This document shows positions 1 through 12,960 of a stretch of 64,000 nt of DNA, piece after piece. Position 1 is the stretch's first letter, and each line of letters opens with the position of its first letter. Under the pieces are notes generated by a model. The model was not told where the DNA came from and searched no databases. It worked only from the letters and a program-made list of their open reading frames with translations. Location of the stretch: assembly GCA_965649765.1 (NCBI GenBank), contig OZ287754.1:30442001-30506000 (forward strand). The letters run 5' to 3'. Source of the DNA: Bispira polyomma (Eukaryota). The position numbers and the translations under genes were made by a program.

Positions 1-1670
1 ACACCATATTTTTTAAGCAATATCTGACTTTTCCCACCATTCTCCACTTTAACTAAAGCCTAATATTTCTCATGAAGAGGTTTGCAAATCATTTTTCATT
101 TATTTGTCATATTGAATAGTATCTCAGGACTGAATATTAACTGTAAGTTGATACCCCTATTTATACTCATCAAGTCCAAAGTTAATCCCAATTGAAAAAT
201 TCAAATTCCTAGGAGAATAGAAATTGCAATCAACCTTAATTGCTGTTTGAGGTTTGGCGCCAACCACCAACAAAAAAGCACTGGTAACAATGATGGTACC
301 CTATTTGATCATGTTTCTAAAAGAAAGTTGGGATATGATAGCGTTTCAGTAGTTTACTTTCAGTGACAATGGCGGATTACACAAACCCCTACCAGTGCTT
401 TGATATGGTTTCTAAAGGGATATGATGGCCTTTTATTTGTGTAACTTCAATGACAATGATGGATTACATGCTTTGATTTGGCAAGTCTTTTATTTGATCG
501 ATCTGCTATTTGATTCGAGTAATCCCTTTTTTTAAAATTTGCTTCAAATAATGACTTTAAGTGTAACTAAAATGTTTGAGGAATTCCTTAAGATTAAATT
601 GTTGGGGATTGGAAATTCAAATTTCGGCTACTTTCAAGTATTGTCCATTCAAGTTTGACCAAATCCACTGTACAATGTCTCTTCACAAGCCATCCCTACA
701 TACTATACCATTATGAGTTTTTTGTCATAGTTGAAGTCCAGAGTATTTAAAACTCTATCACAAATGTCTGTCTACCCATTAATTGTACACAGCTGATGCG
801 AATAATTTTGTGTATGATTAGTGGCTTTTTCCACCTACATTTGTAATTAGAATACATGTATTTAAATTATGAATTAATGTTTACTCTTCAACTTTAATAT
901 TTTCTTACTGTCCACATTTTCCTGTACGAATACGACCTTTTCATTATATAATAAAAAATTTAAAACAATGCAATTAACATTTACAGTAGAACCTCTATTG
1001 TCCAAACATGTTGGCAGAGCAACATTTGTTTTGATAATAGAAGGCACAAAAGCTATAAAGATAGATATGGTTGTGTTCTAAAGTCTGTTCCAACCATCGA
1101 AAATCACTGAAAAATACATTACCAACTTTATCTTTCATCATTATAAGGTAATTTGGAAGTCATATAATGCAAGAAGGTTTAAACTGAACCTAGTTTGGTT
1201 AAAAATCCTTACACAAACATGCTGTTGCCACATTTATCGCATGAAGAATGAGTTGTGAACGCTTGGCGAACGCTAAAATACAAGCCTGTTTGTGCCAACA
1301 ATGGGATTTTTAGAATGCATAATACGCACTGGGATCGCTAGTTTAGGTCTTAATTTTAGAGCTCCAAAGGGTTGTAAATGATATTCATATTATATCATAT
1401 GATCATATAATCATATGATCATATATGACCTAGCTACCTACCTTATGAAATAAATAAACTATTAAACTTTCCAACAATGATATATAACTGCAGGTTCTTT
1501 TAAAAAGACACCATCTACACAGTTTTCAGCTGTTTATCACATAATAAAGGAGAATACTTGCTTGTGGGACGTTCCAAAATTACATGTGGTTTTACATTTT
1601 TTCAACTTATGTGTGAATTGATGAAAAATGTTGAGCGAAACCTCTACTATTGACGCGAATGACTCTTTAC

Positions 1671-2846
1671 CTTCATAGGTATTTTTAATGGCGTCTTTTA
1701 CATCCTGCCGTCCTGTAGCATACAATGCCTGTACAAACTCCAACACACTGTGGAATTTCCGACCTCTGTAATCCTCCAACATGTTCTGGAAATGACTGCC
1801 ATGGCTCTTCACTAAACTGCCAAGGTGCTGTGCAAATTCAGAAAGAAAAAGATGTTCAATGGCAATGGTCAATACTTGTTGTTTTTATTACTGATGACAC
1901 AGTAGAAACTGTATTATGTTGAGTATGTTAGAAGAGCATGATTTTGTTTGGAAAATAAGAAAGTTTGTAAAACAGAATAAGAATTTGGGGCTAGGGTGCT
2001 AACAGCCCTAGGTGTCAGTCCGAGGAGGCGACACTAATTAGATTTTGGGTTTGATGTTGCATGATTTAGTTTTTCAATTAAACACAGAAATTAGAATAAT
2101 TTTAGAAAACAACATTAAAGTTATACTCTCCTTTAAACAGAAAAGGTCTTTCGTATTCTTTGTTTTATAAAATACGGAAGGATATAGAAAAAATTACATC
2201 AATGAAAATGCAAAAGACATTTCATAAAGTGGCGTTAAGTTTATAATGTGCACATATATGTTGGATCACGAGCAATATTATGTCACAACAGAAGGCTTCT
2301 CTCCAAGATTTGTTTACAAATATAATTAGGTTTGAAAATATGTGATGTCATAATATAAAATCATTATTTAAAATTTTGTAGATGCAGTGTAGCTTTTTTC
2401 GTGATGCATTGTGTGTTTACATTACTAAACCCTTTAAAGATTCAAAATTGTAAGATGGCGGCTGTATAGCAGCCATCTTGTTTTGTTTGGTTTTCTCAGA
2501 ATAGCCTAAAACCAATACTAAGTCAAGTACTGATCTCAAACACAAACATATAAACTTTATATAAACTCTATTAACCGAACATGTTAGGAGAGTAAATTTT
2601 GTTTGGATAATAGAAGTACAGATAATAGAGGTTTTCTACTGCATTAGCAAGCATATCAGCGATATACAATACCTCAATGTGAGTGTAAGGATATCCCAGT
2701 TTATCGGCCACCTTTTTCCAGTCATCACCAAGACAATTGCTGGGGTTCAGTAGTATGTCCAACTGTTTGACAGTTTGGCCTGGCAGAAAACACACACAGA
2801 TATGTTCTAATGCCTTCCATTTCTTAAGCTCCTCCTCCTGGGCCAT
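1671..2846 (-). CDS. Death-domain protein (MyD88/IRAK-Pelle/MALT1-like N-terminal DD), first two coding exons 2846-2673 and 1827-1671; continues beyond the left edge
   Basis: ATG at 2846 gives MAQEEELKKW...LDILLNPSNCLGDDWKKVADKLGYPYTHIE, followed by a GT donor at 2672. A polypyrimidine+CAG acceptor at 1828 gives in-frame HLGSLVKSHGSHFQNMLEDYRGRKFHSVLEFVQALYATGRQDVKDAI, with donor GTAAAG at 1670. The joined peptide has the DD pattern (LDxxLN...DWxxLAxxLG...L..L...GRxD). Confidence 0.75.
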
Positions 2847-3823
2847 GATTGACAGTTCGGCAAACCTGGAAACTCCCCCTTCCTCCAAAAAAAAAAACAA
2901 AAAACACACAACCCCAGTTTGTTATTTTTTGGAACTCTTCACATGATATAAGATGGCAGTAAAGTGATAATATATATTAACTGGAAACATATACATCTGC
3001 TTGGCTGAGTCTTTTTACATTTAAGTATCCTGTTTGGGTTTTTGATTTAATGTTTACTATACCCAGTATGTGTATATAGAGTAACCACATTTTTGTACAT
3101 ACAGTGTGAACTCCAATATTGTCTTATATTTTATATGTACATGTATTTAAAAACACACACCTATACAGAGTACCATAGTCGAGAGTGAGGAAGTCAAAAT
3201 GACATGTACATAAACATATATATTGATATTGACATTGTGTTATCTCCTAGACAAACAACATCAACAACGTCACTGTATATAAGATTTTCATATATTTTAC
3301 TTCCCTCTATAAATCTCGTGTTCTTTATAATTCACGTCTTACAGAGGTGTTGTTTTTATAAGTACAGTTCACGTTCAGACTCGAGTATTGAAGTGGCCAA
3401 GATAAGTGTATAAGACTGTACTAGATATCCACGAAAAACGAAAGTACAACCTGTCAATATTTTCTTTTGGCTTCTTAAATCTATTTAGTCCTTTGGTTTA
3501 TCACTATATGGTACAAAAAAATCAGTATTGAAAGTTAAATACACAAACATTTAACAAATTATGCCTGCATGAAAATAAAACAGATTTTTTTCCGAAGCCT
3601 GCAAGCCAATCTTTCCACACACATATATATCCTAAATATAAATCTCTACCTCCCCTTGTGCAGATAAGGTATTTCACAATAACTATCGGGATTTTCCTAT
3701 TTGTATTGATCGTTCCCCGTGTTTTGGCTAAAAGCCCAGTGCTCAGCATAAATTAGTGCAAGTTTTGATAATGGATAAATAGCATAGTGTACGCATATAC
3801 GTTACTTTATTACGTATTCCATC

Positions 3824-4483
3824 GGGCCGCATATTAAGGAAGACTTAAAGAATTTACTTAAAGGTTATCCTTAAGTTATGATAAAGTTTTTATACATTTG
3901 TCTTATCTAAGATATTTGTCTTAACTTGGGGTTCACAAAAAGCTCAAATTAAGCGAAACCTTGCCTGAGACAAACTTGAGACAAAGGTCTTGTATCACTG
4001 TTCTATTTTATTATAAATTCAAATTAAAGTAAGATTAAAGGTGAACTGTACATTAAAGACACAAACTTTGTTTTATTATCACACAATATATATTGTTAAA
4101 AAATGACATACATTAAGAAAACAGTAGTCCAAGCCGTGCCACCAAATTAAGACTATTTTTTAAAACCCGTCGTATAGAATGTTCATCTTGAATAATCTTT
4201 TTATCTATTTTGATTTAATTTCATGCTTGACATATTTTGATAGTCCCATATACAACACATTAAGCCATACATACATGTTACATGAGTAGCGTGTTAAAAT
4301 GTGGGTTAGAATTTATTTTTTTTTTAAAATAGTCTTTAGTCAACCCCTCGAGGTTTGACGATTAGAACAAAGGTTTGGTGAAGACTAGCTTTTGTAAATT
4401 CTAAAGATGACTGAGCCTAAACTTAGACTCAACTCTTATCACATTATGTAAGTTTAAGGTTACAATCTTCTGTAAATCTGGCC
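3824..4483. mobile_element. Possible Harbinger/Tourist-like MITE
   Basis: Imperfect inverted ends (gggccgcatattaaggaag ... cttctgtaaatctggcc) around a non-coding interior rich in TTAAG/CTTAA. Confidence 0.3.
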
Positions 4484-6016
4484 AAAATTAGCATAACTTC
4501 AACATTTAGGAAGTTCTGGGTTTTTTTAACTTTAAGTTCTCACATGTTAAGTTTTGGTAAGCTTATAAGAATGTCGTTTGAATTTTGTTTTTAATCAAGC
4601 AGGTTCCATTTTACAGGATTATGCAATAGATATTTATTTTATTTTAAAGTGCATGGAGACGTGAACTACCCAGACATGTAACATGTGAAACATATCGAAG
4701 TGCCATTTTAGATACCATATGTCATAAGAATGGTACTGGATATCATTGTGGGCACAAACGGGCAGTCCAAAATAATTATCAAATATTGTCACTTTTTTAG
4801 GTCAGTGGTCGTTGAAAAACTGTTTGATTTACAATATACCTGTACATTATTGTTCTATTTATTTTCTGTCGATTTCTGTCCATATATCAAATTATCATTT
4901 TAGAATGTTGGTTATGGGCCTGTCCCACTATCCCGATCATAACTCCCGACCATCCCGATTATACAATCGGGAGCTAATTGGGACAATATCTGAGACAATC
5001 GGTGAGTTGACCCGACTTGTCGTGGTCACTCGGGACACTCTTGGTCACTCGCGCAAATTAACTAACAGGTTAGAAAAACTCTGCAATACGATGACCTTCG
5101 GCCGATAGGTCGGGATCAATTGTGGTCAATGGTAAGCTGCTAACGAGTTATCTTTACCTTATAACGACCTATCTTTTCTATCTGGGTAAATTTTGGAATT
5201 ATGATAAGGATTTATCGTCCCATCCGTCCTGATTGCTCGGAGGCATTACGAGGTATCGTCCACTTCTCGCGAGTTATCCTGTCAAATGTTAGGGATAGGT
5301 CGTAATAAATGGCCCGATTGTAAAGATAACTCGGGAATGTCATAAGGATAGGTCGTTACCAAGCTCCCGATTCTAAAGATAACTCTGAATCGGCCGATAA
5401 ATCGTTAGGAAGCCCTGACTGTAAAGATAGCTCTGGAAGACTAACAATAGATCGGGCGGAACAAAAGATAACTCAGGAGTGAAAGCGATCACTCGGGGGA
5501 AAATCGGGGGCGGGAAGCGGATTGTATAAAAGGCAGACGTATCACTCGTTCTTCACCAGATTTATCCCAGCTTTCAGAGAGGAAACATCGATTTGCAATT
5601 TTTATTATAGATGATATAAAGAATTAGTGAGACTAATTAAGTTTAATAAATATTGCAATTATACCAGGAAAAATGAGAGTTACAAAGAAGAGGATACAGC
5701 CAGTACAGGAGGAGGAGAGGGAGTTTGAATGGAGAAAGACAGATGCTGATGAGACTATTCCAGAAACACAAGAGTCAATGATAGACAGTGACACCCCAGA
5801 ACTTTTTTATCAGTTGAACAAGCAGACTCTGGATATCCAGAATACCCAGGATACCCTGGATACCCAGGAAACCCAGCATATGGGGATACACCAGACAGTG
5901 AGGTGGCGGCCTTTAGTCGCAAACAGAAGAAGGGAAGATGAAGATGAGGATGATGACTGTGTTGTTAACCAATGAGCAGGAAGAGGCTGTGGTGGACTTC
6001 CTGAAGGACCATGAGT

Positions 6017-9000
6017 TGACTTCCGGTTGTGGCGGCTTCTCATAGGAAATTTTTAAATTCAGGGAATCTAGTCTATTATACCCACGTTTCTGCTCTTGTT
6101 TACTCTTGATTATCCTCAATTGTTAGCAAACAACATTTTAATCCTTATATGCTTAATCTTCATACAACATTTGTTTATTTTTTGATAGTTTGGTTTATAC
6201 TGAAAACGATAACCAATAATCGCCCGTTACTCCTATGTAAATTGTTTGTTGTTTTTTTGTGCTTGGTACCCTTTTTGTATCATCATATTCACTTTTTAGT
6301 GCTTGTTTATCTTCACACAATTTTTTGCTCTGTTTTTCTTACAATATGTTTGCCATTAGGGCTACCATCCTGTACATGTCCTTCCTTCTTTTCTGCTACC
6401 TCAACAACTTGAAACTATCTGATACATTATAAATGCAATACCACCTAGAAGACAACAATTTGTCTTGCCATCCGGTTCCACACGTGTGGTCTTACTGTTA
6501 TTTCTGGTCTAAATTTTACCCAGTCAATTACCTACTAAAAGGCAAATACATCAAAACTTGTGATGATCTTACTGGCAGGTGATATCGCGAGTAACCCTGG
6601 CCCAATTCAGTTCGAATTTGGAAATGCCCGCTCATTGCGAAATGAAGCCCCTGTCATAGCCGATTTGATCGATTCATCCTCCATAGATATTTTTGGCATC
6701 ATGGAAACACATATCAGGAGTTATGATATTATGGCATTTTTCATCAAGAAGAATTATGAATATCAGTTAGTTGCTACACCTAGTTTTACATCTTTCGAAC
6801 TCATCCTTGTCTCTGCTCACTGGAATAACCACAGTTTACATTTTGCAACAGTTTATCGGCATCCTGGCTCAAATCTCGTTACATTTTTTGAAGAATTCAT
6901 GTCTTTTATTGGGTTCACTTGCTCGTTACCCTCCTACTGTATTCTGTGGTAATTTCAATGTCCAAATAGACACCGCATCTAGTAATAGTAATCATTTCTC
7001 TACAGTTCTGGAATCTTGCAACCTCATTCAACACATAAACTCCCCTATCCATATTCATGGGCATAACCTAGATAGCCCGCTAACTCCTGCGAATTTGAAT
7101 GGTATCAGAAATATAAAAAACATTGGTTGCATCAGTTATCATTTCTCTATATCCTGCGAACTTGATGCTCCCTCCTTGCAATCTTTTGCTGTCACACAAA
7201 TCACTTTTCGTCAATTTCATAAAATCAATATGTCATACCTTAGACAAGAGTTGGCCTATACGGCCTTCGTCAAGTCTCCTGCCGATAATGCGGCTGACCT
7301 ATACACGCAGTACTTTGCCGACCTACAATCTGTCCTAGAACACCATGCTTCATGCAAATCCAAGACATTGAAAAGGCCTGCACCTGAGTGGATCACTGGT
7401 AGATACCGTAAATTGAAGATGCTGTGCAGACAAGCTGAACGGACATGGCACCGAAACAAAAATACTGAGAAGAGATCACGACTACGCCAATGCATCACCC
7501 GCTGCAATAACATCATCAATGATTCCAAACGTGCCTACCATACCAACACGATCACACAAAGCGAAGGTGATTTGAGGAAACTTTGGCAGAAATTGAATAG
7601 CACCCTCCACCGCAAAAAACAGACTATACTACCCAAAAATAGCAGTAGTAAATTACTGGCAAACATTTTCAGTACTTTTTTTACCGATAAAATTACTAGG
7701 ATCCGTGACGGTTTTATATCAGCTGCCCCAAATGCCCCTTTACCATCAGCTCCACCAACCATCTTCAACTGTTTCTCCACAGTAACTGTTGATGAAGTCC
7801 TAAAATTATGCTGACATCCCCCGTAAAATCCTGCTTGTTAGATCTGTGGCTTACATTCCTTGTTAAGGAATGTACAGACATTTTATTGCCCTTAATCACC
7901 AACCTTATTAACCTCTTGTTGGTCAATGGTGTCTTTCCAAATGATTTTCAAAAGGTGATTGTCACACCTTAAATAAAAAAACCTTTTCTTCCAAAGGCTG
8001 ACTTGAAAAACTACCGTCCTGTCTCAGGCCTTTGCATATTTCTAAGTTGGTAGACTCTCAGTGGCCTTACAGATCAAACAACATCAGGACGTTAGCAATC
8101 TATCCAATAAGTATCAGTCAGCGTACAAAAGTGGTCACTCTACTGAGACTGCACTACTCTGCATCAAAAATGATGTTCATATACTTTTATCTAAAGGTAT
8201 GCCTACTGCCTTAGTACTGCTGGATCTGTTAACAGCCTTTGATACTACTTATCACAAAGTTCTTCTTGAGTGCCTACCATGTGGTATCGTGAGGTATCGT
8301 GTGGTATCAGCGGTACTGAACTTAAACGGTTCACGGTGTATTTGTCTGATAGATTCCAATCGGTCAAAATTGTCATCATCCTATCCGAGCCTACATGGTT
8401 AAAATTTGGTGTTCTCCAGGGTTCAGTCTTGGGTCCTATTTTGTTTTCTATATACACCACTCCACTCAGCAAGATCATTGCTGCATACAAACACACAAAT
8501 TTTCACTTCTATGCTGATGATACCCAACTGTACATCCACCTTACACCTGATTCTGCCAAGGCAGCTTTGACCTTCTCACAGAACTGCCTTGTCTATGTAC
8601 ATCACTAGATGACAGCAAATAAACTAAAGCTGAACCCTGATAAGACTGAGTTTATTTTATTTGGCTCCAAGTCGCAACGCGAAAAACTGTCCAGCTTTTT
8701 CCCAGTTGATATTCTTGGCAGCTAACTTTTTCATTTGACAAAGTACGCAACATGGGCATGTTGTTAGACTCTAAATTCTGCTTCTCCATCCATGTTGCAT
8801 CTGTGTGTAGATCATGTTTTGTTGGCCTCAGTGATTTCAGGCGGATTAAACATTATCTCACAAAATCCACTGCAATCACTGTTGCAAACGCCTTGGTCAG
8901 CAGTAGGCTTGATTACTACAACTCTCTGTTCCATTCCTCCTGGTTACAACTTCCATCCGTCAACCAACTTTGATTTTTAAATACTTTGTTGGGGTTTATC

Positions 9001-9066
9001 GCACCTTAGAATTCATTGTACAAAGATTAATCGCTATAAAATTACGACTAGATTAGATTAGGTTAG
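6017..9066 (+). mobile_element. L2/CR1-group APE-RT non-LTR retrotransposon, near full length, single ORF, degenerate
   Basis: Endonuclease motifs (GNARSL, ETH, VYRHP, GNFN) and RT motifs (NYRPVS, QSAYKSGHSTETALL, QGSVLGP, YADDTQLY, KLNPDKTE) across frameshifts. (TTAGA)n tail at ~9049-9066; TSD ATGAGT at 6011-6016 and 9067-9072. Confidence 0.92.
6560..6604 (+). other. 2A-like (StopGo) peptide variant at the N-terminus of the LINE ORF
   Basis: VMILLAGDIASNPGP lies directly upstream of the APE domain; it matches D(V/I)ExNPGP except for E->A. Confidence 0.6.
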
Positions 9067-9858
9067 ATGAGTGGCTCTACAATAACACAATCCAATGATT
9101 AAAGACACTCAGAAAAAGAACATGCTGTGGGAGTCGTATTGCACAGCCAGGGAATTAGATTACACAGAAGTGATGAAGTGGTTTCAATCCCAGATGGCTA
9201 TCTTCAGCAAGCTGAGTGTGGGCAAGTCTGCTGTAGAGTTGACTGAGTGACAGCAGTGGGTGAAGACCATCTTCGACTTCCTGAAGCCGCATATCAGATG
9301 CCAGCTCAACAAGTCTGCCAGCTTCAAGCCTATCACGGCAGCTTCTCAGGGGGCTGCCCCTCATGCTTCTCTTGGTGTGTTGTCGCGCCTCAGATCAGGG
9401 TGAGTTGAAGTCGTCCCGCACCAAAGTCCTATCCAGGAGTCACAGTTCACCATTGATTTGCGCGATTCCATTGGTAGGATGGAAGAGACAATAACAGGCA
9501 TCCTGAAGGAGGCCGAGAAACCCCAAGCTGAAGGAGCACGAGGAGCGTTTTTGAACTGGTTGACCATAGAGATCAGGACACTGCCAGAACATTTCTTTTT
9601 GCAGTTCAAGAGAGATTCCTTCAACCTAGTAACAACACTCCAGGAAAGCAGCAGCAGTTCAAACAGCTCCAACGGCAGCTTTTTAGACACAGCAAAAGGC
9701 TTTCCCTCCTACGAGATGACACATGCAGCTTACATTCCTCAACTATTTCAGCAGGGACACTACATTTATCAACAGCCACCGCCACAACCAAGACCATAGC
9801 CTTCTCCACAGCCACAGCAACAGCCCAGCCCACATGTGATTACAACACAAACATTACC

Positions 9859-10386
9859 TACATTGTTATTATTGTTATAAATTTTTAATGCGCTTTATTG
9901 ATGCTAGGCATCTTCTAAAGCGCAACAGCAGAATCATTGGTCCAATCATTAAGTCCATGGACATTGCAAAGTCGTAAGGAAGGAAGTGGGAGCGTGCATG
10001 AGGAAAGCTAAGGTGGGTAGGCAAGATTAAAAAGATAGGTTTTAAGCTTTTTCTAAAACCGATAAGTGCGTCAACTGATCTGAGGTCGACTGGAGACTGT
10101 TCCATAACTGTGTAGCTGCAGTGGAGAACGCTCTGAATCCCGCCTTTTTGATTGGTCTGACTGAAGTGACGGAAAGTCTGTTGCCTCTCTTGCAGTTACT
10201 GAAGGAAAGAAGGGAGGCAAGGTCCCCCACAAGGCTGTTGAGTGACTACAGCCTTAAAAGTAGTAGCGTGAATCTTGAACAAAACGCAAGAGTTAATGGG
10301 CAGCCAGTGTAATTTTTTGAGGTAAGAAGTGACATCTGTGCCACAACCCAGGCGAAAAATGACCCTACATAGGTAGTTTTGGATGG
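9859..10386 (-). mobile_element. 5'-truncated LINE 3' fragment, same family as the element at 17740-20965
   Basis: Reverse complement matches 20555-20960. Encodes IQNYLCRVIFRL...[12 protein letters not shown]-like tail at the left end; flanked by ACATTACC at 9851-9858 and 10387-10394. Confidence 0.88.
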
Positions 10387-11235
10387 ACATTACCATCATT
10401 GCCAAGCACCAGTGGTGATACCTAGAGGCAGCGGGACTAGTAGGACTAGTCGAGCATACTATAACCCAATGTCACTGAACAAACAGTCAGTGGACAGTGA
10501 CATCCTGAATACCTCAGGAGCTACCTCATTTTCCAAAGGCTTAGATTTGAACACACCAGACACCAGCTACAAGAACATTCAGACTCCTGCAGGCTTCGGG
10601 GATATTGATGACATACTGTTACCAACAGATAACACAACCACAACCACCACTACTTTATCAACAACCACCAACATCAATGACTAGCCACCCCTCTCCTGCT
10701 CCATCGGTCATGTGACCACCAATCGGCCCTTTTCAGGGCCACCCAAATCATCCAAGAACTTGATTTGAGCTGGGTTTTTTTTTAATATTTTAAAAAACCC
10801 TCATGACAAGGAGCAAACTGGCCCACAAATAACCAAATAATTTAACAGACTTCTATACAAGGGCTTTCACCATTATTTATTTACTTCATTTAAAAATAAA
10901 AGGGGAGAGTTCACTTGAAGGGGTTTAAGAATGGGGTTCAAGAAAGTTTTTACAAGGATTTGGACAGTGGTAATGTTTTTTCTTTGTCTCTATAAGGTGA
11001 ATTTTTTTGTGTGGGGCCAATTTGTTTTTTGTCATCAGGAGTTTTAGTTTTATGTTATTTTCTAACAACAGCTCAGAACATGTTCTTGGATGTTTTGGAT
11101 GAATGTTTTGGGTTTTTTCTGCCTCAGGCTCAGGGGAAGCTTCTTTCCCAGCAGTGCATCCTCTTGGGGGGGGGGGGGGGGGGGGGGGGTCAACTGCTGG
11201 GTTTGGGTGCTCTTCATCTTGGTTTATATTTGCAC

Positions 11236-12281
11236 TTCTAGGCATATTGTGGAGGACTACACAGGCTAGGGTTAAGGTGGTTACCACAGGTGGTTCCTGC
11301 TGCATTGTCGAGAATAAAAGTCTAAACCTCGCCACTAATATTCTAAAGGCATTCTCCACCACCCTTCTGCCCCGGGATATCCTGTAGTTAAACATACGTT
11401 GATTGAGGTCCAGCCCTTGTCTGGAGAAGGGTTTTATCATTCAGGTCTTTAAGGCAAATGCGTCGTCTCCCATGATGAAGTAGGGGTGAGTGGCATACCA
11501 GGGCTTTTGGGTTTAGGAGGGGGGAAGTTGATAAGGTTGATAGGTTGAAAATCTGGGAATCAGACCAGGAGCCAGGTCCACATGAGGCGGCATCTACCAG
11601 GGCCAGCATAACAATGGAGTGGAATCCCTTGTATTTGAAGTACTCACTCCACCCCTCTTGGAAATCTCATTGCTATGTGTTTGCCATCTATCGCACTCAG
11701 GGCATTGGGGACATTCCAGGTGTCTCTGTATAGAGCTGCGACCTTTTCCCAACCCTCTGGGGTGGTGGGGCAGCAGAGAAATTCCTCCTGGAATTCATCG
11801 ATGATAGCCTGGCAAACCTCAGGAACAAACGTGGTCATGGTTGACCGCCCCACACGGAATGCATACTTAAGTAAGGTGTACGACTCCCCAGTCGCCAAAT
11901 GTCTTAAAGTTATTGCAGCCTTCAGTCCAGGTGACAGTGCTTTGCGGTACCAGGTCGTGTTTTTCCCAATCCTGTGGGCAACCCTCTTCTCCAGTTCTTG
12001 GAATAAGCCCGGGTCATCCTCAAAAAGTTCCTATACAACCGTACATCTTGTGTCTCCATCCCTGGCAGAAGTGCCGAGTAGTACCCGTGCTCCTCCCTAT
12101 CCCTAAGCAATGGTTTCACCCAGAAACTCTTTCGTGCTCTGCCTCTTCGGTTCCCTACATTATTATCCTGATTCTGATTCTGTGCCAGTATGAGATTTTG
12201 TCTTCTTCGACCTTGGCAATCTGTAAGTGCAAGTAATTGTATCTGCATAAATACTAATAAAGCTTGTAGAATTCCAGCCAT
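11236..12281 (-). pseudogene. Harbinger/PIF DDE transposase (HARBI1-like, DDE_Tnp_4), frameshifted and internally deleted
   Basis: Motifs WVKPLL, YRNFLRM, TLRHLATGESY, AIDGKH, YKGFHSIVMLALVDA, GSWSDSQIF, GDDAF, FNYRISRGRRVVENAFRILVARF and ACVVLHN occur in shifting frames. Confidence 0.92.
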
Positions 12282-12354
12282 ATCTATTATCCTTTGTGAT
12301 ACCATGTTGCTCAATTGCCTTCTCAAATTAAACAGTCTGGATTTGTGATCAGAC

Positions 12355-12552
12355 AGTAGTGTGCCCATAATGTGTCCATATACTACAATACACAAGTATT
12401 GCGCTATAATGTGCTCATGTACTACAATACACAAGTAGTGTGCCCATAATGTGTCCACATACTACAATACACGGGTATTGTGCTATAATGTGCTCATATA
12501 CTACAATACACAGGTAGTGTGCCCATAATGTGTCCATATACCACAATACACT
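12355..12552. repeat. ~39-bp minisatellite (gtgcccataatgtgtccatatactacaatacacaagtagt)
   Basis: About 5 tandem copies; the same unit recurs at 12850-12960 and 22470-22615. Confidence 0.9.
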
Positions 12553-12603
12553 ATATATAATGTATCTTTGTGCCTAAAATACACAAGTAGTGACGTGTAT
12601 TCA

Positions 12604-12960
12604 CTATCCCTGAGCAATGGTTTCACCAAGAAACTCTTTTGTGCTCTACCTCTCTGGATCCCTACATTATTATCATGATTCTGTGCCGGTATGAGATTTT
12701 GTCTTCTTCGGCCTTGGTAATCTGTAAGTGCAAGTAATTGTATCTGCACAAATGCTAATAAAGCTTGTAGAATTCTAGTCATATCTATTATCCTTTATGA
12801 TATCATCTTGCTCAATTGATTTCTCAATAAAAACTGTCTGGATTTGTGATCATAATGTGCCCATATACTACAATACAAGGAAGTGTGCCCACAATTTGTC
12901 CATATACTACAATACAAGGAAGTGTGCCCATAATGTGTCCATATACTACAATACACAGGT
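12604..12960 (-). repeat. Diverged tandem duplicate of the transposase 5' end plus the minisatellite
   Basis: 12604-12850 aligns with 12097-12350 (ILQALL.F.QIQLLALTD.QGRRRQNLI) and is followed by about 3 minisatellite units. Confidence 0.85.

Larger units (their letters stand above)
5673..10684 (+). pseudogene. Harbinger ORF1 (MADF/Myb-SANT DNA-binding protein), interrupted by two LINE insertions and frameshifts
   Basis: Removing 6017-9072 joins LLTNEQEEAVVDFLKDH to EWLYN...KDTQKKNMLWESYCTARELDYTEVMKWFQSQ...FSKLSVGKS...QQWVKTIFDFLKPH, a MADF-like domain. It is followed by FLNWLTIEIRTLPEHFFLQFKRDSFNLV and a Q/P/T-rich tail. Confidence 0.75.
4916..12350. mobile_element. Decayed autonomous PIF/Harbinger DNA transposon (left end present, right end not found), with nested LINE insertions
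   Basis: Starts GGGCCTGTCCCACTATCCCGAT followed by a CpG-rich subterminal region with repeated atcggg/cccgat motifs. Contains convergent MADF (+) and DDE transposase (-) reading frames, the standard two-gene Harbinger layout. Confidence 0.8.

Noticed and set aside
984-1040. Tc1/mariner-type MITE ends (cagtagaacctctatt...; also ~37323, ~49228, ~54950) and TTAA-CCCTTT starts at ~43578
   Set aside because: Matching opposite ends and TSDs could not be delimited reliably by eye.
11011-11387. Gly-rich and Pro-rich ORFs around the G24 run
   Set aside because: Homopolymer inside the decayed transposase 3' region; the ORFs are antisense shadows.
11236-12281. Domesticated HARBI1/NAIF1-like host gene pair
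   Set aside because: Multiple frameshifts, deletions, nested LINEs and a retained terminal repeat indicate a dead transposon.
12355-12960. CRISPR-like repeat array (also 36.5, 42.7, 52 and 63.7 kb arrays)
   Set aside because: Units are contiguous with no unique spacers, there are no cas genes, and the context is eukaryotic.
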